This document shows positions 29,965 through 42,619 of a DNA stretch of 64,000 bases, in pieces. The stretch is taken from positions 813,157-877,156 of the forward strand of contig WELA01003597.1 of assembly GCA_009602735.1 (NCBI GenBank), in the 5' to 3' direction. The translations under genes and the position numbers were made by a program. Origin of the DNA: Mesotaenium endlicherianum (lineage: Eukaryota). How positions within the stretch are numbered: the stretch's first letter is position 1; every line of letters begins with the position of its first letter. Below the pieces are notes generated by a model. It saw only the letters and a program-made list of their open reading frames with translations, was not told where the DNA came from and did not search any database.

Positions 29965-30288
29965 CAGTCATTTCAGTTGACACGGGAAGGTGACAGGAGG
30001 TCCTGTCTCCATATAAGTTGGAGGGGGATGCGACAGTTAGTGACGGTTGTGACAGGCAGCCCACCTTTAAAATTAAGTTGGAGGGAGTGGTATTCTCTGA
30101 TCACCATATTACACACTCAACCTGCGCTCACAGTCACTCGCTCTCCAACTCAATTTTCCCTTATATTTACTCACACCAGGTACTCCACACTAGGAACTCT
30201 CCCGATCGCGCTCCTCTTCATCAAGGGCACTCAGTAGCGGCAAAATATCATGACTTCACTAATTGCATTGTGTTTATGATTGAGCAGG

Positions 30289-31887
30289 ATGACTCAAAAG
30301 TCGGAACTCAAGAGGAAGAGAAGGGCGGAAGAGGCACATGCAGAATACTTGCAATTCCGTGGAGACATCGAATCATCTTCCATCTCCGCTCGGGAATCAC
30401 AACGACTCCAACAACAGCGGGAGGCACAGAAGAAGAAGGAGGAGGAGGAACAGGCCAGACTGAGGCAGGAAGAAATGGACAGAAAAGCTGCAGAGGAGGC
30501 CAAGAAAGCAGAGGAGGAGAGGCAAGCTGAGGAGAAGCGGAAGCAGCAGGCTGAAGAAGAAGAACAGAGGAGAATCAGCAGCTACCGCTACACGGTGCTG
30601 GGCAAGGGCTTTGATCTACTGGAGGAGGCCTTCAAGTATGCCCAGAGAAGTCGCAGTGAGTCGCAGAAGGAAATCCTCCAGAAGGAAGGGGAGACATACG
30701 AAAACTTCGACAAGTATATAGAGGTCGGCACAGGGCTCCTCCTCTACCACGATTACGCCAGGATGGTAGGATATACCATCGGACAGGCCAAGGCAATGGC
30801 CAAGGTGAACGAAGCAGGAGTTGTCTCGATTCATGGTATCTGGGGGACAGATAGGGTTATCAGGATGAATCCCATGGACGCGGACAACTTCAAGGACTCA
30901 ACACTCCACAACAGGTTCAAGGCCATGTACAATGAGGTGGAGAGGAGGAGCTGGGAATTCTTGGCCAGGGAAACCAGTCAGCTGGACTTTGCAGGGCACT
31001 GGTACCCTTGTACTCTTAAAAAGACAGACGCTGCCTTCTTCCAAAAGCCCACTAATTGGCGGTGGATGACCATCAACATGAGGGATCAGCAGAATGACAG
31101 GGCGACGGATGAGGATTTCCTGACAAACTTAAAGGGGAACATAGTATTGCCCCCTCACATTGCGGCTTGGGACCCAAGATTGGATGGAGTCAGAGACTGC
31201 ATGAGCCAAGAGATGCAGGGGGACAGAAGCAGGGCCCGGAAGTCATTCTCCAAAGGGAAGCACGCTTATGCCAAATGGGCAAGTAAGCAGGGGGAAAAGG
31301 ACCTCTATGCGGTCCGGACTCAGCAGCCCCCACCAGCACCCAAAAGGGGAAGGTCAGTAGGATATTCTATTTCTCGGGAAGAGCTGGAGCAGCTGACAGA
31401 GGAGACCCCAGAAGTCTCAGAGGAACCCGGGGACGGCGAGGAGAAGGAGTCGGAGGAAGACAAGGAGGAAGACGAGGAGGAAGACACTAGCCCCGCCGTG
31501 ATCCTGACACCTGCCACATCCCCTGTAAGGGAGAAGACGGGGTTGGCCCCGCAGCAACTCGCTCAAGAGGAGGATATCACTTGGCTGGGGACTGCCAGAG
31601 GATAGACCCCATCTCCAGGCAGGGAGACCCAGTCAGACAGGGCAGACAGGAGGGCTGCTCGGGAGATAGCCAAAGGCCTGCCAGCATCTCCCTCGCAGAG
31701 AGGGCATGTACCCTTGGCTCATGTCATGCAACATCCTTCTGGGATGCCGGTATACGTACCTGTCAGTTTGAGGGCTGCCCAGGAGAAGGCTACCTCCCTT
31801 CAGTTCCAGACTGTGCAGGAGGAAACAGCCCAGTTACTGCGTAGGGGCCGGCGAAGGGGGCGTTCTTCCATCTTCGTGGCTTGTTAA
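30289..31887 (+). CDS. Extra 3' ORF of A2 (variant 2): charged coiled-coil, conserved globular core, acidic/proline-rich tail
   Basis: Open 30289-31605; homology to variant 1 continues past the TAG (PASPSQRGHVPLAHVMQHPSGMPVYV vs PASPFAQGRVPLANVF*HPTGMPVYV). Confidence 0.8.
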
Positions 31888-32174
31888 TCGCCGCCGGATG
31901 GGCCTTATATCGGCTTTGAGGATCCAGAGTGACACAAATGGCTCGGACCCGGGCCAGCTCAGAGAGCTTGCAGAAAACTCGAGAAGACCAGACACGGAAC
32001 CTCCCTCTCTGACGGGCTTCAGAAGACCCCAAGACAGGAGGAGGTTTGGCTCCCCTGAGTATAGAGCCTCAGGCACATCTCCCTCCTAATGGCAGTAGGA
32101 TGGGGCCGGAAGGGACAGCACATTGTTATTAGTGTTAGTGTTGTCGAGGCGACAACATGATAAGTTGGAGGAAT

Positions 32175-32895
32175 TGTAATGAATCAGTATATTAGTTGAT
32201 ATAATATTCATTTAAATATAGTAGTTAAATAAGTTCAGCCTGCTGAACTCTAGTTAATGATCAGTCTGCTGGACTTCATATCTAATATCAGTTTAATGAC
32301 TCGGCCGAAAGCAGCAGGCTGAAGTCAACTTAAGTCAGCTTGCTGACACATTCTTTGACAGCCAGCTGACTTCCGTACTCGGTAGCAGCGAACTGCCTCG
32401 ATATGCATCTAAGTGCGATATGCTAGATGAATGGCCAGATGACATCCCTATGATGGATGGCTATTCGAAATGATGGGAGATGGCGGTGGATTTGGTTAAC
32501 CGAGGTCCTACCAACGTGGTTAACTCCCGGGTAGGCGGTGCCATCGCACTGACCGTTGAACAGTAAACTCATTCCATGTACATATGCTAGGCATTGCTCT
32601 CGAGTTCGGCATTTGGAAACGAGGCTAACTCTCCTGTACAGCTTACTGAGAGCACTCTGAATCCAAGGCGAGAAGCCATTGATACGCACTGTCTTCTAAT
32701 CTTGCTTATGTATGAGTTTACTGATTTGCATTATTGATGCTAGTTTACTCGCATTTGACTTACGAGTATTATTCACTGCTAGTGGGTTGTCCTTTGCCGT
32801 TTAACCAGTTAACAAAAAATACCATAAAGATTACTTGCTGATATAAAGATCTTTATTAGTTGTTAATCGCCTATTTGGTAAGTCGATTCATTTCA
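32175..32895 (+). mobile_element. 3' LTR of A2
   Basis: Follows AAGTTGGAGGAA; TG...CA ends. Confidence 0.92.
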
Positions 32896-35800
32896 GACGG
32901 TCATCCACCTCCAGTCTGTTGGCTGCTGGTAGTACTGGGGTCCGTGCTCAGCCTTCCTCAGTTTACACGGGAACCAGTGGGAAGAGAACATCTGCTGTCC
33001 TGCTTCCCTGGCCAAGTACTCCCAGCTCCTTCTCTCAACTTCATTGTAAGCTGGCAGTAGTGTGAGGTAGAACACCGTATCCTCAAAGCCATCGGGCCGC
33101 ATGCTCACCATCCGGATGAGTCTCTGATCTCCCACTATTCCCGGTATGGGGACCGGCTTGTCCTCTGAATCATCTGCGAGATACCGGGCCTGCTCCGCTG
33201 TATAGCCCACCATCTTNTAATCTTCCTAAAGGACCACACCAGTGTGTGTCTCGATGTACCTATCCAGTGCTGCAGCTCCTTCCCTCTGTAGCAGTGTTGT
33301 CTGTTCCAGCTTGTTGATCTCCTGGGCTGCCAGCAATGCTTCCTTCAGGTTATCAAAGTTTTGGCCACCCACCACAGTATACCTGTAAGTGGCCAAGCTC
33401 TTCTGTTTGTCCGCTTCGATCTTTTTCCTTTTCTCCTCCTCTGCCGCTGCCGCTTCTTCCTGTTGTTTCTTCCGTCTCGCCTCCTCAGCTTTCCTGAGGT
33501 TTTTCGCTTCCTGATCCTTCTTCCTCTGTGCCTCTTTTGCCGCCTCTTGTTGTCTGCGGACCCTTTCTTGTTCTCTCCTGGTGAGGGACGTCGCCGCCAG
33601 CTCCTTCTGGTATTGCTCCATTGTCCTCCTGGCTTCTTCTGCCTTGCGCTTTCTGTCCTCCTTTTGTGTGGTGGGCGCCATCCTGCACATGTAACCAGGG
33701 CACAAGTTAGTAGGATATGGACCTTTGTCATAGGGATTGCAGGAAGTATGTCAGTATTAGTATAGTGGATTTGCTCCTGTTTACCTTACAGGGTGATTGC
33801 TAAAAGTTGACGTAGTTGCGGTGCGCTAAACATAAACGTATGAATGTGTTTTAGGGTGAGTTAAGTTCCTTCCTTCAGCTCAAGGTGCTTTATGTGGGCC
33901 AGGCTATGCTGACACTTAGGATTCACGTAACTGTCCCTCTATCGCTCTCGCTCACTAATTGTCATATATTTTTACCTCCAACTTAAATGGACACAGGACC
34001 GCCTGTCACCTTCCTGTGTCAACGGAAATGACAGTTATGAAGGTGCTCCAGCTGCCGGAAGGTGGAACCGTTTGAACGCCCCTTTGGCATTGGTCAAATG
34101 GTCCTTAAATTCCCAAGTGTCCCCAGAGGCATCGTAACCCTTCCATCAAATGAGGTATTTCATGACATATTTAGACGATCGACGGACCGAGCGCGCGTCT
34201 AAAATCTCCGCAACCTCATATTCGTCAAAGTCGCCGTCCCTGACAGCGGGGACCGATCCCGATTGAACAGGTAACCGACCTGTGAACAGTGTATCACCTT
34301 GGATGTATGGTTCCAGGAAGGAGACATTAAAGGCCGGAGGACCCTTGTATTCGGCTGACATGTTCAGTTTGTAAGCATTCTGACCGACACGACGCACCAC
34401 CGAATATGGACCGACCCAGACAGGGCCAAGCTTTTTCTTGGCCACACCAGGGAGGTACAGGTGCTGAGAATGCAGTTTGACTAAATCGCCTTTAGAAAAT
34501 GTCAGCTCTCGACGGTGTTGATTAGCGTATTTTTGTTGGTTTTCTTGGGCTCTGTGCAGGTTTTGTTGGACTTCTGACAGGGTGTCAGCAAACTCCTGAG
34601 TTAACTGGAGGGAGACCGGATTGTCAATCCCTTCAGGGTGAGTTAAAGACTCTCCCAGCACATCTAGAGGGGACTTAGGGACTCTACCTAGGCTGAGTTC
34701 AAAAGGACTCTTGCCCGTTGACGCGTGCACCGCACTGTTGACCGCGAACTGAATTTGAGGCAGCAGGTCATCCCAATTATCTTGTTTTTGGTTAATATAT
34801 GCTCTCAGCACCTCCTGCACAACTCGGTTAGTTCTTTCAGTCTGGCCATCAGTCTGAGGGTGGTTTGCTGTGCTGAGCAGCTGTTTGACTCCCACTAACC
34901 CCATTAAAGCTCGCCAGAACTTAGAGGTGAATTTTGAGTCTCTGTCTGAGATGAAATTAGAAGGGAGCCCATGTTGGCATACTACATGGATGTAGAACTG
35001 TCTCGCTGTTTCGAGTGCAGTCACTTAGACAGTTGTGGGGATAAAAATGACCATTTTTGTCAGTTTATCCACGACTACCAATATTGAATCATGCCCATTG
35101 GCAATTCTTGGTAGTGAGACCACCTCGTCCATGGATATAGTTTCCCAGCGTCCAGCTGGGATGGGCAGTGGTTGCAAGAGACCTCCGGGTGGTGTGTGCC
35201 GAGACTTATTTCTCTGACACTGGTCACAGGACTTGACATATTTCAAGACCTCCCGGGGTAACCCCTCCAAATGATAATGTTTTGACAATTTGCCAACAGT
35301 TTTGGCCTGCCCCAAATGTCCACCCAGGAGACTGTCATGCGCTTGACTCAGTAAGAGAGACCTTATTTCCAAGTTATTAGGATTGACCAGCTTCAGCCTG
35401 CCTGAAGTGGTTTCAGTTACCCAGACCCCTCCCTTAAGCTTATACCCAAGTGCAGTAGCACAACACACACCAGTAGTGGGACTGGGCTCAAATGTTGGGT
35501 CAGAAAGGTAGGCTTTCCAAAGTTGTTCAAGGAAGGACTTTTTCACCTTTAGTGAAGTGAGTGCACACAGAACTTTATCTACAGCATGCTGACTAAAGTT
35601 CCTTTCTTGCAAGTCAGGTCTTCTAGAGAGTGCATCAGTAGGATTCAACTTCACTGGTTTGTAGGCGATCTGGACTTGGAACTGCTCCAGCATCTGGCTC
35701 CAGCGGTTCTCCCTCCTCGACAGCTTGGACTTCTTCTCAAAGTGAGTCAGAGCTAGATGATCAGTAATCACCTTAAAAGCTTTGCCATGTAAGTATGCTC

Positions 35801-38434
35801 TCCACTGTTTGAGCACATGAATGATAGCTAGCAACTCTTTATCATGCACTGAGTAATTAATCTCCGCTGCATTAAATTTCATAGACTCATACAACAGAGG
35901 ATGCCACTCCTGCCGTACCTTACCATCCTTTGTGATTTTGTCAGCAGGCTGCAACAAAATAGCACCCTTAGCAAAGTCAGAGGCATCAGTAACCACCTGC
36001 ACCGATTTGCTGGGGTCATACACGGCTAGCACCGGGGCGGAACAAAGGGCCTCTTTAAGGGTTTGGAAGGCAGCCTGCTGCTCTTCCCCCCACACATACC
36101 CTATGTCCTTTTTAGTAAGGTCAATTAGTTTACTCGCCTTTGTGGAATAATTCTCAATAAATCTCCTATAGTAGTTAGCCAACCCAAGGAAGAATCTAAC
36201 TTCAGAGACAGACTGTGGTACTGGCCAGTCCCTTATGGTCTGGACTTTCGTAGGATCCACACTGATGCCCTCTTTACTGACAAGGTGGCCTAAAAATTTA
36301 ATACTTTCTTAAAAGAAATCATACTTGCTCTTTTTAGCATATAAGTGATTCGTTCTTAGAGTGTCCAGGACTGTCTTTAAGTGTTCAGCGTGCTGAGCTT
36401 CATGTTCAGAGAAAATTAAAATATCATCCAGGAAAACTTGCACAAACTTATCCAAATAAGGTCTGAAAATGTCATTCATAGCACCCATGAAGGTGGCAGG
36501 AGCATTAGTCAGTCCAAATGGCATCACGTTGAACTCATAGTGTCCATAACGTGTACGGAAGGCAGTCTTGTGTTCATCCCCCTCAGCAATTCTGATTTGA
36601 TGATAACCACTTCTGAGATCTATCTTACTGAACACCTTAGCACCAGACAGGGTATCAAGCAAGTCCTCGATCCTGGGTAAAGCATACTTGTTCTTTACTG
36701 TAATTCTGTTCAGGGCTCTGTAATCCACACACATCCGCATACTGCCATCCTTTTTCTTAACAAATAGGATGGGTGCGCCGTAAGGTGATTTACTGGGAGA
36801 AATTTAACCATTCTCCTCAAGCTCTGCAATCTGTGTTTTGAACTCCTCGCTCTCCACATAAGACAAGCCATACGTGCGTTGCCAAGGTGGCTGACTCCCA
36901 GGTAATAAGTCAATACTGTGATCCACTTCCCCCTTAGGAGGTGGTCCTGGAGGCATATTAAAAATATCAGTTAACTGAGCAACAATTTTTGCAGCAGTAG
37001 GATGCTCCGGAGGGCTTATCTTTTTCTCAAACACTTCTTCAGGTTGAGGAGGTACCTCTCTTAGCAGCAGGCAGAACATTCTGTCCTCCTTCTGGTTCCA
37101 GCTTTTCACGAACTCCATTGCATTCAGCAACTTGCATCCTTCTGGAAGCCTCTTGTTTTCCTTCATTTGCCATCCACACAGGACAAGAGGAAGAGCACTG
37201 GTGGGTGCCAAGTCAGTCTGCCCATCACTGGCTCCTCTCACTTTAACTGTACCTCTGCTCCAACACACTTCAGCTTGATGTCTATTAAGCCAGGACCTGC
37301 CTAGCACGAGATCATAAAAGCCAGTGTTGAGTACCTCAAATGTAAGCGTTTCAGTTAGAACTGCAATGCCAGAACCTAACTGGACCTCAATAGGCTTGGT
37401 TATAACTCCTCCCGGGATACTTGAGGCATCTCCAAGGAATATTTTTCTATTCCCTTGGGCGACAGTAGGCAGCCTTAGCCGCTTAACTAAGTCCTTGTGG
37501 ATAAAAGTATGTGACGCCCCTCCGTCAACAAATGCCCTCACCTTCCTACCTGCAATCATGCAATGCAGTAGGATAGGGGGGACTGTCTTTTCCTGACTTT
37601 CGCATTGTTCTCCTGACGTAGCAAAGAAATGTTGGACATCAGGTGGAACAAGAGCATCCAGAGTGTGCACTCTCTGGACGTCTATATTGCTGATGGTCTC
37701 CTTTATGTGGTTGTCAGGCATGCATAGTGAATCCAGTTCAGCAGGACCCATAATACCTGCTACGAGGGCAGCTAGTGACGACTCACTATCTCTAGCATCC
37801 TCACAGTCAGTAGACTGGATTACTGACTGTTGCTGTCTTTTAAAGGCTGGTCTTTTCTCTCGACCTTGGGCAGGTGCTTGACTGGACACTGTTCTCTGTA
37901 GTGGCCTTTCTGCTGACAATGGTAGCAAGTGGATTTTGCTGAGGCTGGTCTCGGCTTAGTCCTACCACCACCTCTTCCATAGCCGCCTCGAGAGAAACCA
38001 CCTCTACCTCTAGACTGTATGGCATTATACTCATACTCAAATCCATCACCCTGATCATCCTCAGCCTGGTCTCCTTCAATTGCATTGTAGGAACCGTGGG
38101 GCTTTTTGACAACTTTAGACACCAAAGCATTACTCTGGCGCTTGTGATTGAACTGCTGCTGATCCCAGGCATCAGCATCCTGGATCAAGTCAGCCAGTTT
38201 CTCCTACTTTTCCTCAGCAAAATGACCAGAGACCTCGGATTTCAAGCCATACCTGAAGTATGCTATCCTATATCGTTCTGGCAAATTGGGCAACTTCATC
38301 ATGTTCTCTTGGGACTTTTGAGCAAACTCAGCAACTGAAGTGGTCTGCTTCATTGTCAGGGAGATCATTGCATAGATAGCTTTCTCCTGCTGGTTAATGA
38401 CATCAAACTTCTCATGCAACTTCTTGACAAACTC
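32896..38434 (-). mobile_element. Element A3 internal region, truncated at both ends: gag C-terminus, pol (37844-34035), first half of extra ORF variant 1 (33681-32896)
   Basis: Minus-strand ORFs match A1/A2 gag, PR, RT, RH, IN, chromodomain and the extra ORF. Confidence 0.93.
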
Positions 38435-38449
38435 AGCCTGTTGACTTGT

Positions 38450-39009
38450 GTCAGCTTGCTGACACATTCTTTGACAGTCAGCTGGCTGCCGTACTCGGCA
38501 GCAGCAAATTCTCTAGCTATGCATCTAAGTGTTGTGTGCTAGATGAGTGGCCAAATGATACCCGTGAGGTGGATGGCGATTGGGGATGATGGGTGATGGC
38601 TGTGGGTTTGGTTAGCCGAGGTCCTACCAACGTGGTTAACTCCCGAGTAGGCGGTGCCATCGTACTTGTCGTTGAATAGTAAACTCATGCCATGTACATA
38701 TGCTAGGTATTGGCCCCGAGTTTGGCATTCGATAACAAGGCCAACTCTCTTGTACTGCTTACTGAGAGATATCTAAATCCAAGGCGAGAAGCCATTGATA
38801 CGCACTAACTTCTAGTCTTGCTTATGTATGAGTTTACTGATTGCATTATTGATGCTAATTTACTTGCATTTGACTTGCGGGTATTGTTCATTGCTATGTG
38901 TTTTTCTTTTGCTGTTTAATCAGATAACAGAAAATGCCATAAAGATTACTCGCTGATATAAATATCTTTATCAATTATTAATCGCTTATTGGTAAGTCAA
39001 TTCATTTCA
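38450..39009 (+). mobile_element. 5'-truncated, diverged family A LTR
   Basis: GTCAGCTTGCTGACAC...GGTAAGTCAATTCATTTCA. Confidence 0.87.
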
Positions 39010-41025
39010 ACGTCGCTGTTGCTCAACTCAATGAGGTTTCATCGACAGTGGTGTATTATAGATTGTGGCCTACTGAGTAGGGGCAAGGTAAGCCGAAGTC
39101 ATGTGTACAGTATGAGATACTAAAAGAGATGATTGAGCATGAGGTCTACATAGCACAATAGCCAGAGTCTTAGATGGTGATAATATTTAAAGTACAGGTG
39201 CAGTACCCAGTACGAGTTCGCAAGTCTTATACAACTGGCAATAGAGAGCATTTGCGCACGCTGTATGCAGATTGTTATGAATGAAAATTTCCACTAGAGG
39301 TTTAGTACCGCTTCTTCTACATGCTCACCCAGCTGCTTGATGAGGCCTCGCCACTCTGTTTAGAAATTGTTATTTCACATTGAAAGGTTGAACAAAGTGT
39401 GGATGAAATGCAAATCCACAACAGTAGCTAATATCACAGCTATTGCTTCATATAAGAACCTATGTAGACTTGTTGGCTATCATCCCTGCACGTGGATCCC
39501 CTATACAATGAATTGGGCCACCCCACTCTCCTCACTAATATACAACTACCCTGCCTGATACTGAGGCAAAGCTGCTACTTTTGCTACACGTTCAATCTCC
39601 ATTGAACTGATCGCCCACTATGCATTGTTTTTTTGCCCCACCTCAATTGTCTCACTTGCATTATCTTGCCTGCCTAATGTGATGTATAATATTATAAGGC
39701 CGTAAATTTTGTCTTCATGCCGCTTCCTCCTGTTTTCAAAACGCGTCATTCGCTCCTTATCCCTTGCGCTTCCTCGTCCCACTCTTTGAGTATCTTAATC
39801 AGTTGTGCGTCTTGAAATTGCTTCTTGACGTGTTTACTAAAGCCCTCAAGCAGCAACATATGGCTCACCTCTGTAAAAGCACTAGAAGCTCTCCGAACCA
39901 CCATTTATGAATACGTTCATTGACATCACCCACCATACAGATTATGTGATGTCTTTCACCCTCAATTTTCAGAAACACCTTATTCTTCTCAACTGACTTT
40001 GACTCCGCCATTGTACGAGCTAGATCAAGAAGAGGTGCCTTGGCACTACGCAGCCACTCCTGTTACCGTTGTGCTCTGAGTTGTGCTAGGAGGACGGAAC
40101 CGTACCTGATTCATTGATAGTATGATCGAGCGTCGAGTAAATCCGCGAACATGCCCGGGTCCCACCGTACACTTTGTCGTTGGGAAACACAGCAGGTGGT
40201 CTTGACGCGGACGTTTTTCCTGGACGCCTGACGTTCAAAAAAAGACGAATAGTGCTGCTTTAGCTTCTCACTCAACGACAAGGGACGTCGTCGCTTTCGT
40301 CGACTTGCAATCCATCCTCGTTCGGATGCTCGACGCTTTCCACAACACTGTTTTTATCCGTGTCGGCTACCTCCACGATGAAGCGGTTACACGGATGATC
40401 ATTTACAGTGTATGACATTAGTATATTAACACTTACTGCAGTTCCTAATTTATCCCTCTTGTCCGTATCCCCTTCACACAAACGTTGACGTGCCGCGTCG
40501 TACTTCAGACTGCTTCAGAGTACGAAGTCAGCGGCCCATGCCGGATACACTTAACCCGTCAATACCGCTTACTAAGTTAGACCATGCAAAACTGTGAATG
40601 CCGACGCTCTTGTTAGCGTACGATGTCAATGGACTAAGAGATCATAATACCTCACTTGTGGGCACCTCATCCTCCCCCTCTAAAGGTTCTCTTTCACGTG
40701 CATTTCTTAGTGAGCCCATGCAAGTTTGTCGACGCCAAGTCCGTGTTGGTCGTGCGATGGTTCCTCGTGATAGTGTGAGCTTACATCATCACACAGATTT
40801 GTCTGCAGAAGCTCGCTGCATGCACGGTTCACCGTTTCTTTCAGTGATTCCTTAAGCCAAAGGTATGTGATTCCAACTAATGTTCTACCTCTATACTGTT
40901 AATCACAAGAATAAACCATGGCTCCATTTTTCGTCTTTGAAGAGGACCTGTTGAGAGTCATACTAAAAAGGGCTGTCACCAACAACACTGAGAATGTCAA
41001 TTCTGCCTCGTTCTACGACTTGGAT

Positions 41026-41355
41026 TTAGCAACTTTTGAGGCTGTCAAGGGCGTTTGTTGCCAATAATGTCGCTTGATCTGCATATTCTTTTCTCCTGTC
41101 ATTAAGTGACCTCATTTGCTTGCGATCCTCCCCACTGTTTTCACGGACGCATCCTTCTCGGCTCCTCATATCTGTGCAGCTCCTCATTTCAGCCTTCAAT
41201 TCAGCTTCCAATTCAGCAAGGGATTGGGTGAGTCTAAGGCACTCTTGATCGCTAATATTGTTTGTAACAGTCTCCAACTTCTTGTATACGTGATTCCTAT
41301 GCCGTTTGAACCTCATAATCACTTCATTGCTCCCGTCTGACTTTGATCCCTCCAT
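41026..41355 (-). other. Helical/coiled-coil ORF remnant, probably TE-derived
   Basis: 109-aa ORF with protein-like composition; no family recognised. Confidence 0.3.
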
Positions 41356-42072
41356 AGTTCGAGGTGGAGGACCAAGTGCTGCCTGAGCAATGCCCGAGAT
41401 ACCGTGTCACCATACGAAGCAATACGCAGCCATTCTTGTTGCTGGAGTGTTATAGGAGTACAGCATTGTACACGATACAAGTATCGTACTAGCATGGTCC
41501 GCCATATACTTCATCATCTACGTGTACCGACGTGTACAACGTCGGGGAAATACATCGAGTATTCTTGACCTGGTCTTCACGTATTACCTGGACGCCTGCC
41601 GTCAAACAACGACCTCCATGTCAGCGTCATTGTCGTTGGCGCATACTTTAATTGGTTCTTACCCGTCGACGAGGGACGTCCGACGGTTTCGACGACAAAG
41701 TGCGTCATGGGGGGAAAACTGGCGCTAATTTTTGGATTTTAAAATTTGGATTATTTTGAATCCTTTCACTAAATATTCCAGGTTTGATTTTGGGTCGCTA
41801 TTAAGACATATTTGTTTGGTTTAAGGTCGCTAATGCAAAAATTCACTGTACTAATTTCGACATTCTGATTTGAGGTCGCAGTTTTTAGGTACTCGAGAAT
41901 TTTGGGCGCTATTGCACCCGAATTCTCGATGGGAGTTTCCCCCCTATGTTTTTGCGAACATGGCACGTATTCGACTGCTTAAGTAGCGGATGTTCAACCT
42001 GGACGTATGACACCTGCCGTGAAGCTACTCACGTTATGTTTGTCTTGCACTCCCTTCAGACCCTCATTTGAG

Positions 42073-42531
42073 ATGGCAGCATCCTACATTTGCATTTCCG
42101 CCAGCTTTTTTGGGAAACAGTGGGCGATCCAAACGCATGGCGAGCTGGTTGACACTATCGTCTATGAAGGCTTATGCTTGGAGGTGGAGCTGCATATCTT
42201 TTCAGCTGTCTTCAATAGCAAAGGCAAGATGGGCGATAGTAAATATTACTGGGTGTACTCAGATGGTGTGAGACAACACGACAACCAAAATTATACCAAC
42301 TGTTATTTGGTATACGAAGATACTGTGTCACAATATCACGTACATATAGATATAGTGCGATCTACATTTAAGTGCACATTGAAATTACACAACTATGCAG
42401 ATTATTTTGTCTACACGAACCCTAGGCTGCGCAATGATGACTGTATAGAATTTAATAGGCGCTGTAAACTACCCAGCTTCCTACATTCCCATTTTTTTGC
42501 CACTGGTGTTTATGACGATGCACCAAATTGA
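42073..42531 (+). CDS. Unknown ~150-aa protein, paralog of the 44726-45163 ORF
   Basis: ASYICISASFFGKQWA...YEGLCLEVELHIFSAVF...YWV aligns ungapped over ~45 aa with the minus-strand ORF. Confidence 0.6.
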   Translation: MAASYICISASFFGKQWAIQTHGELVDTIVYEGLCLEVELHIFSAVFNSKGKMGDSKYYWVYSDGVRQHDNQNYTNCYLVYEDTVSQYHVHIDIVRSTFKCTLKLHNYADYFVYTNPRLRNDDCIEFNRRCKLPSFLHSHFFATGVYDDAPN

Positions 42532-42619
42532 GTGCTCAATACTACATTGCACTGAGCTAATTTGAGCTTTTGGTTAAATCTTGTCTTCCATGCGTGTACT
42601 GCCCCTCTCCGAGGGGCAA

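Larger units (their letters stand above)
24364..32895 (+). mobile_element. Ty3/gypsy chromovirus element A2 (5' LTR truncated)
   Basis: Partial LTR to 24655, PBS 24657, gag, pol, extra ORF variant 2, PPT, 3' LTR 32175-32895. Confidence 0.92.

Noticed and set aside
8224..39009. Outer LTR fragments as the two ends of one old host element
   Set aside because: They share some variants, but the flanks CCAAT / ACGTC do not match as a TSD and both are truncated.
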